From Trueperaceae bacterium (lineage in GTDB: Bacteria; Deinococcota; Deinococci; Deinococcales; Trueperaceae), in contig CBDCDZ010000004.1 of the NCBI GenBank assembly GCA_965215565.1, positions 2,016,001-2,080,000 of the forward strand: a DNA stretch of 64,000 bases, written 5' to 3'. The first letter of the stretch is position 1; every line of letters begins with the position of its first letter. Below, piece after piece: positions 20,170 to 29,786 of the stretch. The position numbers were made by a program, and so were the translations under genes. The notes beneath the pieces are model-generated. The model saw only the letters and a list, made by a program, of their open reading frames with translations, was not told the origin of the DNA and did not search any database.

Positions 20170-21159
20170 ATGATTCGCCGCATCTTCGCCTCTGCTGTTT
20201 CTCTTTACGTCGCCCTCCTAATCTTGCTCGCGCTACTGAACGCCGCGCTCGCCGATCCGCCCGTCTGGGTGGCGCTCCCCAACATCTTTACCGCGCTCTG
20301 GTTTTTACCGCTCGCCTTACTCATCCCCTTAGTCTTTCTCATTAAGTCTTTCCAACTGAAAGTCGCGACACTCGCGTTTTATGTGCTTTTTATCTTGATG
20401 TTCGGCCCGTGGCTTCTGCCTAGAGCTGTCCCGGAGACGGACGCACCCACCCTGCGTTTCGTCACGCTCAACCAGTTGGCGAACAATAACAGTGCGGAAA
20501 GCATTATAGACGCAGTGACCGCACACGGCGCGGACGTTATCGCCATCCAAGAACTTTCACCCGCAGTCGCGGACGCGCTAGCCGAACTAGGGGACTATCC
20601 GCATCAAGTCCTAAATGCCTACGAGACGCTCCGCAATGAACCTTCGGTAGGTTTGGGCGTCGTCAGCCGTTATCCGCTATCCGCTGAAACGTACGACCCA
20701 CAAACGAGAGTCCAAGAGGTCTTCGTGCGCGTAGAGGACCAAACCGTCACCCTGCTCAACGTCCACCCGCCAACGCCTTTTGGTAACGATCTGCCCCCGG
20801 AAGTTCTTCTGTCTACGGTGCGCAGCTACGACGCGGGCGTGCGCAACGACAACTTAGTGGGTATTTTGGAACTAGCGGACGACGCGCAAGAACCCGTCGT
20901 CATCTTGGGCGACTTTAACCTGAGCGACTTCGAGGCGGCGTATAGGGATTTCGCGGTGGTGTTCGAGAACGTCTACCGCGCTGCCGAGGGCGGTTTCGGC
21001 TTTACCTTTCCTGCGAATAGAGACCTGCCGCCCTTCCCCTTCATCCGCATCGATCACATCTGGGTCTCAGAGGAGCTGACGCCACTACGCGCCGGGACGG
21101 ACTGCCGCGAAACGGGCTCGGACCACTGTCTCGTGTGGGGCGAGGTAGCGCTGCCCTAA
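20170..21159 (+). CDS. Endonuclease/exonuclease/phosphatase family protein with N-terminal TM helices
   Basis: DVIAIQE, SRYP, NVH, ILGDFN, RIDHIW and GSDH motifs. Confidence 0.9.
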   Translation: MIRRIFASAVSLYVALLILLALLNAALADPPVWVALPNIFTALWFLPLALLIPLVFLIKSFQLKVATLAFYVLFILMFGPWLLPRAVPETDAPTLRFVTLNQLANNNSAESIIDAVTAHGADVIAIQELSPAVADALAELGDYPHQVLNAYETLRNEPSVGLGVVSRYPLSAETYDPQTRVQEVFVRVEDQTVTLLNVHPPTPFGNDLPPEVLLSTVRSYDAGVRNDNLVGILELADDAQEPVVILGDFNLSDFEAAYRDFAVVFENVYRAAEGGFGFTFPANRDLPPFPFIRIDHIWVSEELTPLRAGTDCRETGSDHCLVWGEVALP

Positions 21160-21457
21160 ATTTCCTAAATTGAGGTGAGGCTCGAGCCCCCGCAGCAGGG
21201 CTCCTTTTTATCAATCCGTTTATCAACCTGCGCTGAACGTCCTAAAAAGTCTTACGCGCGCTGCCAAACGTGAGACTTGGGGCTATACTCGAGCCTCACG
21301 TACGTGGTAAAAAATACACACGGGAGCTACTGTCACGCTATTTTATGCGTTTTGTACAGATTTCTTTACACACCTCGTAGCCGCCGTTCTTACGCGCCGC
21401 GTTTCTAACCCACCCATTTCTGATCACCGTGTTTTTGACCTCAAAAGGAGAGCACCC

Positions 21458-24400
21458 ATGAACCGAACTAGGCTAGGACTCGTTGACCCGTCCTATGAGC
21501 ACGCGAACTGCGGCGTGGGCGTTCTGGTTGACCTCAAAGGGACTCAGCGGCACAGCTTGGTGCAGCAGGGTTTGGACCTCTTAGCCGATCTCGACCACCG
21601 CGGCGCGCGGGGCGCGGAGGAGGCGACGGGCGACGGCGCGGGCATCATGATGCAAGTTCCTCACGCCTTTTTTAGCGACCTCTTGCCCGCTCTAGGTGGC
21701 GCAGGCAGCTACGGCGTCGGTCAGATGTTTATGCCGCGAGAGGACGAAAAGCGCGGCACCTTACGAGACCTCATCTGCGAGGTCGTCCAGGCATCGGGTT
21801 TCGGCGTCGTCGCCTGGCGCGACGTCCCTACCGACCACACGGGTCTCGGCGAGACTGCCCTAAAGAGTGAACCCGCTGTGGCGCAGCTTTTTGTCAAACC
21901 AGAGGAGGATTTAGGGACGGAAGCGTTTGACGCGCAGCTCTATATGTTACGCCATAAGATCGACCAAGAGGTCAGGTTGAGAGCGCCGGAGGATGTGGAC
22001 GCGCTCTACATCTGCTCGCTCGACAGGCGGCGCATCGTCTACAAAGGACTGCTGACCTGCCATCAACTGAGGACGTACTACCCGGACCTTTCGGACGGGC
22101 GTTTCACCTCGAGCCTCGCGCTCGTCCACGCCCGCTTCTCGACGAACACGCTGGGCGCGTGGAAGCTCGCGCACCCGTACCGCACCATCATTCATAACGG
22201 CGAAATCAACACGCTGCGCGGCAACTGCAACTGGATGCGGGCGCGCGAGGCGGTTTTAGCCTCGGACAAACTCGGCAATATAGGAACGCTCACGCCGCTG
22301 GTGTCGCAGGGCTCGAGCGACACCGCCGCACTGGACAGCGTATTAGAACTCCTCATCGCCGCCGGACGCGATTTGCCCCACGCGCTGCGGATGCTCGTCC
22401 CCGAAGCGTGGCAAAAGGACGAGACGATGAGCGAAGAGCGCCGCGCCTTTTACGACTATCACTCTACGCTCGTGGAGCCCTGGGACGGACCCGCTTTAAT
22501 CGCTGTAACCGACGGTAGCCGCGTCGCCGCCGTTTTGGACCGCAACGGGCTCAGACCCTGCCGCTACTTGGTGACGAAGTCGGGGTTGCTCGTCATGGCG
22601 AGCGAGGCGGGCGTGTTGCAGATTCCGCCCGAAGAGGTCCAGTTCAGGGGGCGCTTAGAGCCCGGACAGATGTTCTTAGCGGACACGGATGAAGGGCGCA
22701 TCGTCCCCGAGGGGGAGATTTTCGGCGCGCTGACCGACGAGAAGTACGCGCGGTGGTTGGAGGACAACCGCCTCAAGCTGCGCGACCTCTTGGGTGAAGA
22801 ACCAGATGAAGCACCAGCAACGGACGAGGACAAGGGCTCACCTGAAACGCTGCGCGGCTACCAGCGCGCGTTCGGCTACACCTCAGAAGAGCTTCGCTAC
22901 CTCCTCACGCCGATGGCGAACGAGGGTAAAGACCCCGTCGGCGCGATGGGCAGCGACACGCCGCCGGCGGCGCTGTCCACCCACGACAGACCGCTCTCAC
23001 GCTACTTTACGCAGCTCTTCGCACAGGTCTCGAACCCGCCGCTGGACTACCTCCGCGAATCCCTCGTGACCTCGCTGCAAACCCATATCGGCAGGCAGCG
23101 CAACCTCTTGGACGAGACGCCCGCGCACTGCCGGCGGCTCCTCTTAGACTCGCCCATCTTGACCTCTCGGGAGGTCCAAGTCATCAAGGGGTTGCGCCGA
23201 GACGGGCTCTACGCCTGCACATTAGACCTCACGTACGGGGTAGAAACCTCGTTGGAAGAGGCTTTAGAATCCCTCCGTCAGAGCGCGGGCGAAGCGATTC
23301 GCGACGGGTGTGAGCTGCTCGTCTTGTCCGACAGGGAGGTGAGCGCGTCGCGGCTGGCGGTTCCTAGCCTCTTAGCGGTGGGCGCGGTGCATCATCACCT
23401 CATTCGCAAAGGGCTCAGGGTGCACGTGGGGCTCGTCCTAGAGTCCGGCGATCCGCGCACCGTCCACGACTTCTGCACGCTGATCGGCTACGGCGCGGAC
23501 GCGGTGCATCCCTGGCTCGCCTTTGCGAGTATCTCCAAAATGGCAGGCAAGGCGCTCGCGCCTGACGCAGCCACCGCCATCGACCGTTACAGGGCGGCAC
23601 TCGAGGACGGCATCCTCAAAGTCATGTCGAAGATGGGCATTTCGACCTTGGAGAGCTACAAGGGTGCACAGGTCTTTCAGGTCATCGGCTTGGACTTTGG
23701 CCTTACCGATGAGTATTTTGAAGGGACCACGGCGCACGTGGAGGGCGTCGGCTTGGCGCAACTCGAGCGCGACCTCTTAGAGCGGCACGAGGCGGCCTTT
23801 GAGGACGCGGCCGTAGGGACGGGGCTCGAGCAGGGCGGTGACCTCTACTGGCGGCGCGACGGCGAGTTGCACCAGTGGAACCCACTGACCATCGGCAAGC
23901 TTCAGCACGCGGTCCGAGCGGACGACGCGGAGGCGTATAAGACCTTTGCGGCGTTCATCAACGAGCAGGACACGCGGCTGCAGACACTCTCAGGGCTCCT
24001 GGAATTAGACACTTTGGATGAGCCGCTTCCCTTAGACGAGGTTGAGCCCTGCGCGAACATCATGAAGCGCTTTGCGACGGGCTCGATGTCCTTTGGCTCC
24101 CTGAGCGAAGAAGCGCACGAGTCTTTGGCAGTCGCCATGAACCGCATCGGCGGCGTCTCCGGCACGGGCGAAGGGGGCGAGCCCGCGGAGCGGTTCGGCA
24201 CGGAGCGCGCGTGCTCGATGAAACAGGTTGCCTCGGGGCGTTTCGGCGTGACGATCGACTACTTGGTGAACGCGGCGCAGTTGGAGATCAAGATGGCGCA
24301 GGGCTCCAAGCCCGGTGAAGGGGGCGAGCTGCCCGGCGGCAAGGTGGACGACACCATCGCCCACGTGCGCTTCACCACCCCCGGCGTCGGGCTCATCTCG

Positions 24401-26005
24401 CCGCCGCCGCACCACGACATCTACTCCATCGAGGACTTGGCGCAACTCATTCACGACCTCAAATGCGCGAACCCCGAGGCGGAGGTGCACGTCAAGCTCG
24501 TCTCGAAGGCGGGCGTCGGGACGATTGCGGCGGGCGTGGCGAAGGCTCGAGCCGACGCGATTCTCATCAGTGGCGACTCGGGCGGCACGGGCGCATCCGT
24601 GAAGACGTCCATCAAGTCAGCGGGCGCACCCTGGGAGCTGGGTCTCGCGGAGGCGCACCAGTCGCTCCTAGCGACGCGGCTGCGTTCGAGGGTACGGCTG
24701 CGCGCAGATGGCGGTCTAAAAACGGGGCGTGACGTCGTCGTCGCCGCCCTACTCGGCGCGGAGCAGTACGGCTTCGGCACCGCGCCGCTCGTCGCCTTGG
24801 GCTGCGTGATGCTCCGTAAGTGCCACTGCAACACCTGTTCGGTAGGCGTCGCCACACAAGACCCGGAGTTGCGCAAGCGGTTCGCGGGCGAGCCCGAGCA
24901 CGTGGTCCGCTACATGGGCTTCATGGCGCAAGAGGTGCGCGGCATCATGGCGACGCTGGGCTTTCGCACGGTGGACGAGATGATCGGGCGCGTGGACAAG
25001 CTGCGCCAGAAAGAGGTCTCGCACCCCAAGGGCACGCGCTTCGACCTGTCGCAACTCCTCCACAACGAACCTTCTGAAGACGCGCCGCGCAAGACGCGAG
25101 AGCAGAACCATAAGTTGGACGAGAAGCTGGACTTAGACCTCATCGAAGGGGCAGAGGCGGCGTTGGAGAGAGGTGAAAGGGTTGTGCTCGAATCCAACAT
25201 ACGCAACTCTGACCGCACGCTCGGGACGATGCTCAGCTCGAGAATCGCCAAGCAGCAGGGCGGCAGTGCTCTCAAAGACGACACCATCACTGTCAATCTA
25301 ACAGGCTCTGCCGGGCAGAGCTTCGGCGCATTTTTAGCCAAAGGCGTGACGCTCCACCTCACGGGCGAGGCGAACGACTACGTCGGTAAGGGGCTCTCCG
25401 GCGGTAAGATCGTCGTCGAGACGCCCCCCGAGGTCTCCTATACGCCAAACCAGAATATCCTCATCGGCAACGTGGCTCTCTACGGCGCGACGCGCGGCGA
25501 GGCGTACTTTAACGGCGCGGCGGGCGAGCGCTTCGCGGTGCGCAACTCGGGCGTCTTGAGCGTGGTGGAGGGCGTCGGCGACCACGGCTGCGAGTACATG
25601 ACGGGCGGGGTGGTGGTGGTGCTCGGGAAGACGGGCAAGAACTTCGCGGCGGGGATGAGTGGCGGCGAGGCGTTCGTGTGGGACGAAGCGGGCGACTTCG
25701 AGGGGCGCGTGAACGCGGCCCGGGTGAACTTGGAGCCCTTGGAGCGCGAGCGGGACGTGAGGATGGTCAGGCGGCTCTTGGAGAACCACGCCGTCTACAC
25801 CGACAGCAGCAAGGCGAGGGAGATTCTGAGCGACTGGGACGCGGAGAGGAAGCGGTTCGTCAAGGTGATGCCCGAGGCCTACGCTGAAGCGGTGGAGCGC
25901 TTGGAAAGCGAGGGCAAGCAGGTCTTACCCGACGCGCCACCCTCACCCGAACAAAGGCAGGCGCAATCTCAAATTCAACACGCGCAAGGAGACGAGTCGT
26001 TATGA
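21458..26005 (+). CDS. gltB: Glutamate synthase large subunit
   Basis: CGVG N-terminal nucleophile, HRGA, H.RFSTNT, KQVASGRFGV, IKMAQG.KPGEGG, CxxxxxCxxxxC and GXGXG repeats. Confidence 0.98.
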   Translation: MNRTRLGLVDPSYEHANCGVGVLVDLKGTQRHSLVQQGLDLLADLDHRGARGAEEATGDGAGIMMQVPHAFFSDLLPALGGAGSYGVGQMFMPREDEKRGTLRDLICEVVQASGFGVVAWRDVPTDHTGLGETALKSEPAVAQLFVKPEEDLGTEAFDAQLYMLRHKIDQEVRLRAPEDVDALYICSLDRRRIVYKGLLTCHQLRTYYPDLSDGRFTSSLALVHARFSTNTLGAWKLAHPYRTIIHNGEINTLRGNCNWMRAREAVLASDKLGNIGTLTPLVSQGSSDTAALDSVLELLIAAGRDLPHALRMLVPEAWQKDETMSEERRAFYDYHSTLVEPWDGPALIAVTDGSRVAAVLDRNGLRPCRYLVTKSGLLVMASEAGVLQIPPEEVQFRGRLEPGQMFLADTDEGRIVPEGEIFGALTDEKYARWLEDNRLKLRDLLGEEPDEAPATDEDKGSPETLRGYQRAFGYTSEELRYLLTPMANEGKDPVGAMGSDTPPAALSTHDRPLSRYFTQLFAQVSNPPLDYLRESLVTSLQTHIGRQRNLLDETPAHCRRLLLDSPILTSREVQVIKGLRRDGLYACTLDLTYGVETSLEEALESLRQSAGEAIRDGCELLVLSDREVSASRLAVPSLLAVGAVHHHLIRKGLRVHVGLVLESGDPRTVHDFCTLIGYGADAVHPWLAFASISKMAGKALAPDAATAIDRYRAALEDGILKVMSKMGISTLESYKGAQVFQVIGLDFGLTDEYFEGTTAHVEGVGLAQLERDLLERHEAAFEDAAVGTGLEQGGDLYWRRDGELHQWNPLTIGKLQHAVRADDAEAYKTFAAFINEQDTRLQTLSGLLELDTLDEPLPLDEVEPCANIMKRFATGSMSFGSLSEEAHESLAVAMNRIGGVSGTGEGGEPAERFGTERACSMKQVASGRFGVTIDYLVNAAQLEIKMAQGSKPGEGGELPGGKVDDTIAHVRFTTPGVGLISPPPHHDIYSIEDLAQLIHDLKCANPEAEVHVKLVSKAGVGTIAAGVAKARADAILISGDSGGTGASVKTSIKSAGAPWELGLAEAHQSLLATRLRSRVRLRADGGLKTGRDVVVAALLGAEQYGFGTAPLVALGCVMLRKCHCNTCSVGVATQDPELRKRFAGEPEHVVRYMGFMAQEVRGIMATLGFRTVDEMIGRVDKLRQKEVSHPKGTRFDLSQLLHNEPSEDAPRKTREQNHKLDEKLDLDLIEGAEAALERGERVVLESNIRNSDRTLGTMLSSRIAKQQGGSALKDDTITVNLTGSAGQSFGAFLAKGVTLHLTGEANDYVGKGLSGGKIVVETPPEVSYTPNQNILIGNVALYGATRGEAYFNGAAGERFAVRNSGVLSVVEGVGDHGCEYMTGGVVVVLGKTGKNFAAGMSGGEAFVWDEAGDFEGRVNAARVNLEPLERERDVRMVRRLLENHAVYTDSSKAREILSDWDAERKRFVKVMPEAYAEAVERLESEGKQVLPDAPPSPEQRQAQSQIQHAQGDESL

Positions 26006-27480
26006 GCGAAAACCACCCGAGCGGCTACCTAGAGACCTCCCGCAATCCCATCGGCAAGCGCCCCGCCGACGAGCGTACTGGCGACTACCACGAGATTTAC
26101 CTGCCGATGTGGGACGAAGCGCAGCTCAGCACGCAGGGCGGGCGCTGTATGGACTGCGGCGTGCCTACGTGCATGGGCGGCTGTCCTATCGGGAACCTCA
26201 TCCCTGAGTGGAACGATTTGGTTTATGAAGAGGACTGGCGAGCGGCGCTAGAACGCCTTCATGCGACGAACAACTTCCCCGAATTCACAGGTTACACCTG
26301 CCCTGCGCCCTGCGAAGACGCCTGCGTTTTGGCCTACAACGACGACCCCGTGACGATTAAGAGCATCGAACGCGCCATCGTGGATAAGGGCTGGGAAGAG
26401 GGCTGGATCGTGCCGCAGCCGCCCACCGAGCGCACAGGCTTCTCGGTTGCCGTCGTCGGCAGCGGACCCGCCGGGCTCGCCGCCGCGCAGCAGCTCAACC
26501 GGGCGGGGCACCGCGTCACCGTGTTCGAGCGCGACGACACCATCGGCGGGCTCATGGTCTACGGCATCCCTGACTTCAAGTTCACCAAGCACCAAGTCGA
26601 GCGGCGGGTGGAGCAGATGAAGGAGGAGGGTATAAGCTTCTGCTGCGGCGTCGAGGTGGGTAAAGACGCGACGTTGGAAAAACTGCGTGACGACTTCGGT
26701 GCGGTCTGCCTAACGGTAGGTGCACAGCAACACCGCGACCTCTCGCTGCCGGGACGCGACCTTGGAGGGATTGAACTGGCGATGAACTACTTGCCCTTGG
26801 AAAATCGTCGCCAAGCGGGGCGTCCGGTCGAGGGGATGATCAGCGCGGAGGGCAAGAACGTCATCGTTTTAGGCGGCGGCGACACGGGCGCGGACTGCGT
26901 CGGCACAGCGCACCGCCAAGGCGCGAAACAGGTGGTGCAGATCAGCATCAACGAACAGAAGCCTTTAGAGCGTCCTCACGACAACCCCTGGCCCGAAGCG
27001 CCGCAGACTTACGAAAAGACCTACGCCCAAGAGGAGGGCGGCGAAGAGGTCTTTAGCGTGAACAGCGTGGCGTTTTTAGACACGGACGGTGATGGCGTCG
27101 TCAACGCGCTGCAAGCGGAGCGGGTGGACTGGATTCGAGATGAAAGCGGCAGCCGGGTGGATAAAGAGGTCTTAGAGTCCGATATTCATATTCCCGCCGA
27201 CTTGGTTTTAGTTGCCATCGGTTTTACAGGGGCGCAGCTTAGCGTGTTTGAGGGAAGCGGGTTAGGGGTAACAGATAGAGGCACCCTCAAAGTAGACGAG
27301 ACGATGATGACGAACTTAGAGGGCGTCTTCGCCGCTGGCGACGCGAACCGGGGACAATCATTAGTTGTGTGGGCCATCGGCGAAGGTCGCGACGTAGCGC
27401 GGCAAATCGACAGCTACTTAATGGGGCAGTCGCGCTTACCCTTCAGCCTGCGGACGCAGCATCTGCCGCTTGGGATGTAG
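26002..27480 (+). CDS. gltD: Glutamate synthase small subunit
   Basis: RCMDCG.P.C..GCP, NNFPEFTG..CPAPCE..C, GSGPAG, GGGDTG.DC and RGQSLVVWAI.EGR motifs. Confidence 0.97.
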   Translation: MSENHPSGYLETSRNPIGKRPADERTGDYHEIYLPMWDEAQLSTQGGRCMDCGVPTCMGGCPIGNLIPEWNDLVYEEDWRAALERLHATNNFPEFTGYTCPAPCEDACVLAYNDDPVTIKSIERAIVDKGWEEGWIVPQPPTERTGFSVAVVGSGPAGLAAAQQLNRAGHRVTVFERDDTIGGLMVYGIPDFKFTKHQVERRVEQMKEEGISFCCGVEVGKDATLEKLRDDFGAVCLTVGAQQHRDLSLPGRDLGGIELAMNYLPLENRRQAGRPVEGMISAEGKNVIVLGGGDTGADCVGTAHRQGAKQVVQISINEQKPLERPHDNPWPEAPQTYEKTYAQEEGGEEVFSVNSVAFLDTDGDGVVNALQAERVDWIRDESGSRVDKEVLESDIHIPADLVLVAIGFTGAQLSVFEGSGLGVTDRGTLKVDETMMTNLEGVFAAGDANRGQSLVVWAIGEGRDVARQIDSYLMGQSRLPFSLRTQHLPLGM

Positions 27481-27580
27481 CCTTAGAAGGAACAGTGCGC
27501 GTTACAAAGAGGGTGTGCTAGGTTGATAAATATCTACGCCTGCTTTCGCCTCCGCTAACAGCCCTTCCACTAATCTAAAG

Positions 27581-27615
27581 GAATACGGATTCCGCACTTG
27601 CCGGAATCCGTATTC
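27581..27615. repeat. Minimal SRE-like element (14-bp arms GAATACGGATTCCG / CGGAATCCGTATTC)
   Basis: Perfect inverted repeat with a 7-nt loop. Same core as the 2985 and 59211 elements. Confidence 0.75.
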
Positions 27616-27786
27616 TCATGAGGTTCGGTGTGAGGTATCGAATATCACCGAATAAGTACTAACGTATATATTTTGGTTTAGGCGTACTCAGAATTTTGTA
27701 AGAGTCCGTCCTTTACACTTCACTTCGGGAACTCATAGAGGTCAGGGTTCTCTACCTGCTACGCCATCTTAGAAGGGACCCTCTTT

Positions 27787-29034
27787 ATGGACATGGATAC
27801 TCTCAACACGGTTTGGATCGTTTTATGTGCGATCTTCGTCTTTTTCATGCAGGCGGGCTTCGCGATGTTGGAGAGCGGCTTCGTACGCTCGAAAAACGCG
27901 GTCAACGTCATTATGAAAAACTACATCGACATGAGCATCGGCTCGCTCGGCTTTTTCGCGGTGGGCTTCGGGCTGATGTTCGGCGTGAACCAAACGGGCT
28001 TTTTCGGCGCGAGCAACTTCTTGCCGCAAGGAGGTTCGCCCGAGTTCTACGCCTTTTTATTTTTCCAGATGATGTTCGCCGCCACCGCCGCGACTATCGT
28101 GAGCGGGGCGCTCGCCGAGCGCATCCGCTACTGGCCCTACATCTTGGCGGCGGTCTTCGTCACGAGCCTCATCTACCCCGTTTTCGGGAGCTGGGTGTGG
28201 GGCGGTTACGAGAGCGCGACTTCGGGCTGGCTCGCCAACATAGGGTTCGTCGACTTCGCGGGCTCTTCGGTGGTGCACGCCGTCGGCGGCTGGTGCGCGC
28301 TCGCAGGCGTGATCGTGCTGGGTCCGCGTATGGGCCGCTTTCGGCAGGGCGGGGCGCGCTCGACAGCTATCCCTGGTCACAACCTGCCGATGGCGTCACT
28401 CGGCGCGTTCATCCTTTGGTTCGGCTTTTTCGCTTTCAACGCGGGCAGCACCCTAGACGCGAGCGGCAACTTGGGCGCAATCGTGCTCAACACGCACCTC
28501 GCAGGCGCGAGCGGCGTGATGGGCGCGGTCCTCTTCACGCTTATGTTAGGCCGCCCTCTGCTGATGCAGTACCCCATTAACGGCGGCTTGGCGGGTCTCG
28601 TCGCCATCTGCGCGAGCGCGAACCTCGCTTCGCCGCTCCTCGCCATCCTTATTGGGCTCGTCGCAGGCATCGTGATGGTACTCGGTACGGACCTCTTGGA
28701 GCGCTCCAAGCTCGACGACGCGGTGGGCGCAGTGCCCGTACACGCCTTCGCGGGCACGTGGGGCGTTTTGGCGGTCAGCTTTGTAGACGGGTTTAGTCTG
28801 AGCCAGCTCACCGTGCAGGCGATCGGCGCGGCTGCCGCGTTCGCCTGGGCCTTCCCCGTCGCCTTGGTGGTCTTTGTCGGCATCGGGATGCTCGTAAATC
28901 TGCGCGTGAGCACGTCCGAGGAGCGGCGCGGGCTCGACTACAGCGAACATCATGAGCTGGGCTACCCCGAGTTCCAGTCGGGCCTGCTCCACCAGGGTCA
29001 AGACGACGAGCCTGAGCTGGACTTAGCCGCATGA
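27787..29034 (+). CDS. amtB: Ammonium transporter
   Basis: MQAGF..LE.G..R.KN, FQ..FA, DFAG..VVH, LGPR.G, GHN and DDAVGA.PVH motifs. Confidence 0.95.
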   Translation: MDMDTLNTVWIVLCAIFVFFMQAGFAMLESGFVRSKNAVNVIMKNYIDMSIGSLGFFAVGFGLMFGVNQTGFFGASNFLPQGGSPEFYAFLFFQMMFAATAATIVSGALAERIRYWPYILAAVFVTSLIYPVFGSWVWGGYESATSGWLANIGFVDFAGSSVVHAVGGWCALAGVIVLGPRMGRFRQGGARSTAIPGHNLPMASLGAFILWFGFFAFNAGSTLDASGNLGAIVLNTHLAGASGVMGAVLFTLMLGRPLLMQYPINGGLAGLVAICASANLASPLLAILIGLVAGIVMVLGTDLLERSKLDDAVGAVPVHAFAGTWGVLAVSFVDGFSLSQLTVQAIGAAAAFAWAFPVALVVFVGIGMLVNLRVSTSEERRGLDYSEHHELGYPEFQSGLLHQGQDDEPELDLAA

Positions 29035-29672
29035 ACACCTCTTTGGACCAGAAGCGCGGTCTCATCTACGCCGCGTTTCGCGATCTCTTAGGCGAGGAGC
29101 AGGCGGCGCGGGCGGTGGACTTCTGGGACACCTGGGACGACAGGGCGCGGACCTCGTTCACACCGCTTCGCTTCGCGCAGGCGGTCCAGAAGGAGCTGGG
29201 GCTTTCCACCGAGACGAAGCGGAAGCTCATCCAATCGATGATCGGCTACAAGGTGTCTGACGAACACGCGCAGTCCTTGGAGGAGGCGAGCGCGCCCACG
29301 AACCTCTCCACCCCGAGCGGGGCGCAATTCGCGTCCGCCAAGCCCAACATGGCACCCTCCATCGAGTCGGAGCAGTACATCATCTTCACCGCGCTGCTCT
29401 ACCCCCTGCTCACAAGGTTGCACCTCTCCGAGCGGCAGTTCTTGGAGAAGATGCACCCCAAGTCGCGCACTGACGTGAAGAGCCTCCTGGAGGGCTCGCA
29501 GCCGATGATGCGCAACCCGGAGCGCGTGATGAGCAACTGCCTAGACCGCGTGTACGAACTTCTCTGCGACGAGTACGGACCTGTCAAAACGGACCAGATC
29601 ATCGCCCGCTCCGTCGCGCAAGCCGAGCGGCTGCCTGAGGCGGACCTCTTCTCGCCCCGAAAACTGCTCTAA
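29031..29672 (+). CDS. Hypothetical soluble protein translationally coupled to amtB
   Basis: ATGA overlap with the amtB stop. 213 aa with a Ser/Pro/Ala-rich central linker. Confidence 0.7.
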   Translation: MNTSLDQKRGLIYAAFRDLLGEEQAARAVDFWDTWDDRARTSFTPLRFAQAVQKELGLSTETKRKLIQSMIGYKVSDEHAQSLEEASAPTNLSTPSGAQFASAKPNMAPSIESEQYIIFTALLYPLLTRLHLSERQFLEKMHPKSRTDVKSLLEGSQPMMRNPERVMSNCLDRVYELLCDEYGPVKTDQIIARSVAQAERLPEADLFSPRKLL

Positions 29673-29698
29673 GTGCTGCGCAAAATTTAGACGACTAA

Positions 29699-29732
29699 GT
29701 GCCGAAGATACTGCTGACTTTATCTTCGGCAC
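29699..29732. terminator. Hairpin between convergent genes (likely terminator)
   Basis: GTGCCGAAGATA / TATCTTCGGCAC 12-bp stem. Confidence 0.55.
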
Positions 29733-29786
29733 ATTTCATTTAGGCACTCCGATACAATCTCATACGGATTCTACATCAAACTGCGT

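Noticed and set aside
21350..27718. Shared TTTGTA...CTTTACAC motif upstream of gltB and amtB as a nitrogen-regulator box
   Set aside because: Spacing differs (18 versus 21 bp) and neither fits TGTNA-N7-TNACA. They may simply be promoter elements.
21947..28913. Many long antisense and alternative-frame ORFs over gltBD and amtB (also over tkt, pckA and the ABC genes)
   Set aside because: These are shadow ORFs expected from GC-rich codon bias. They have no motifs or ribosome-binding sites.
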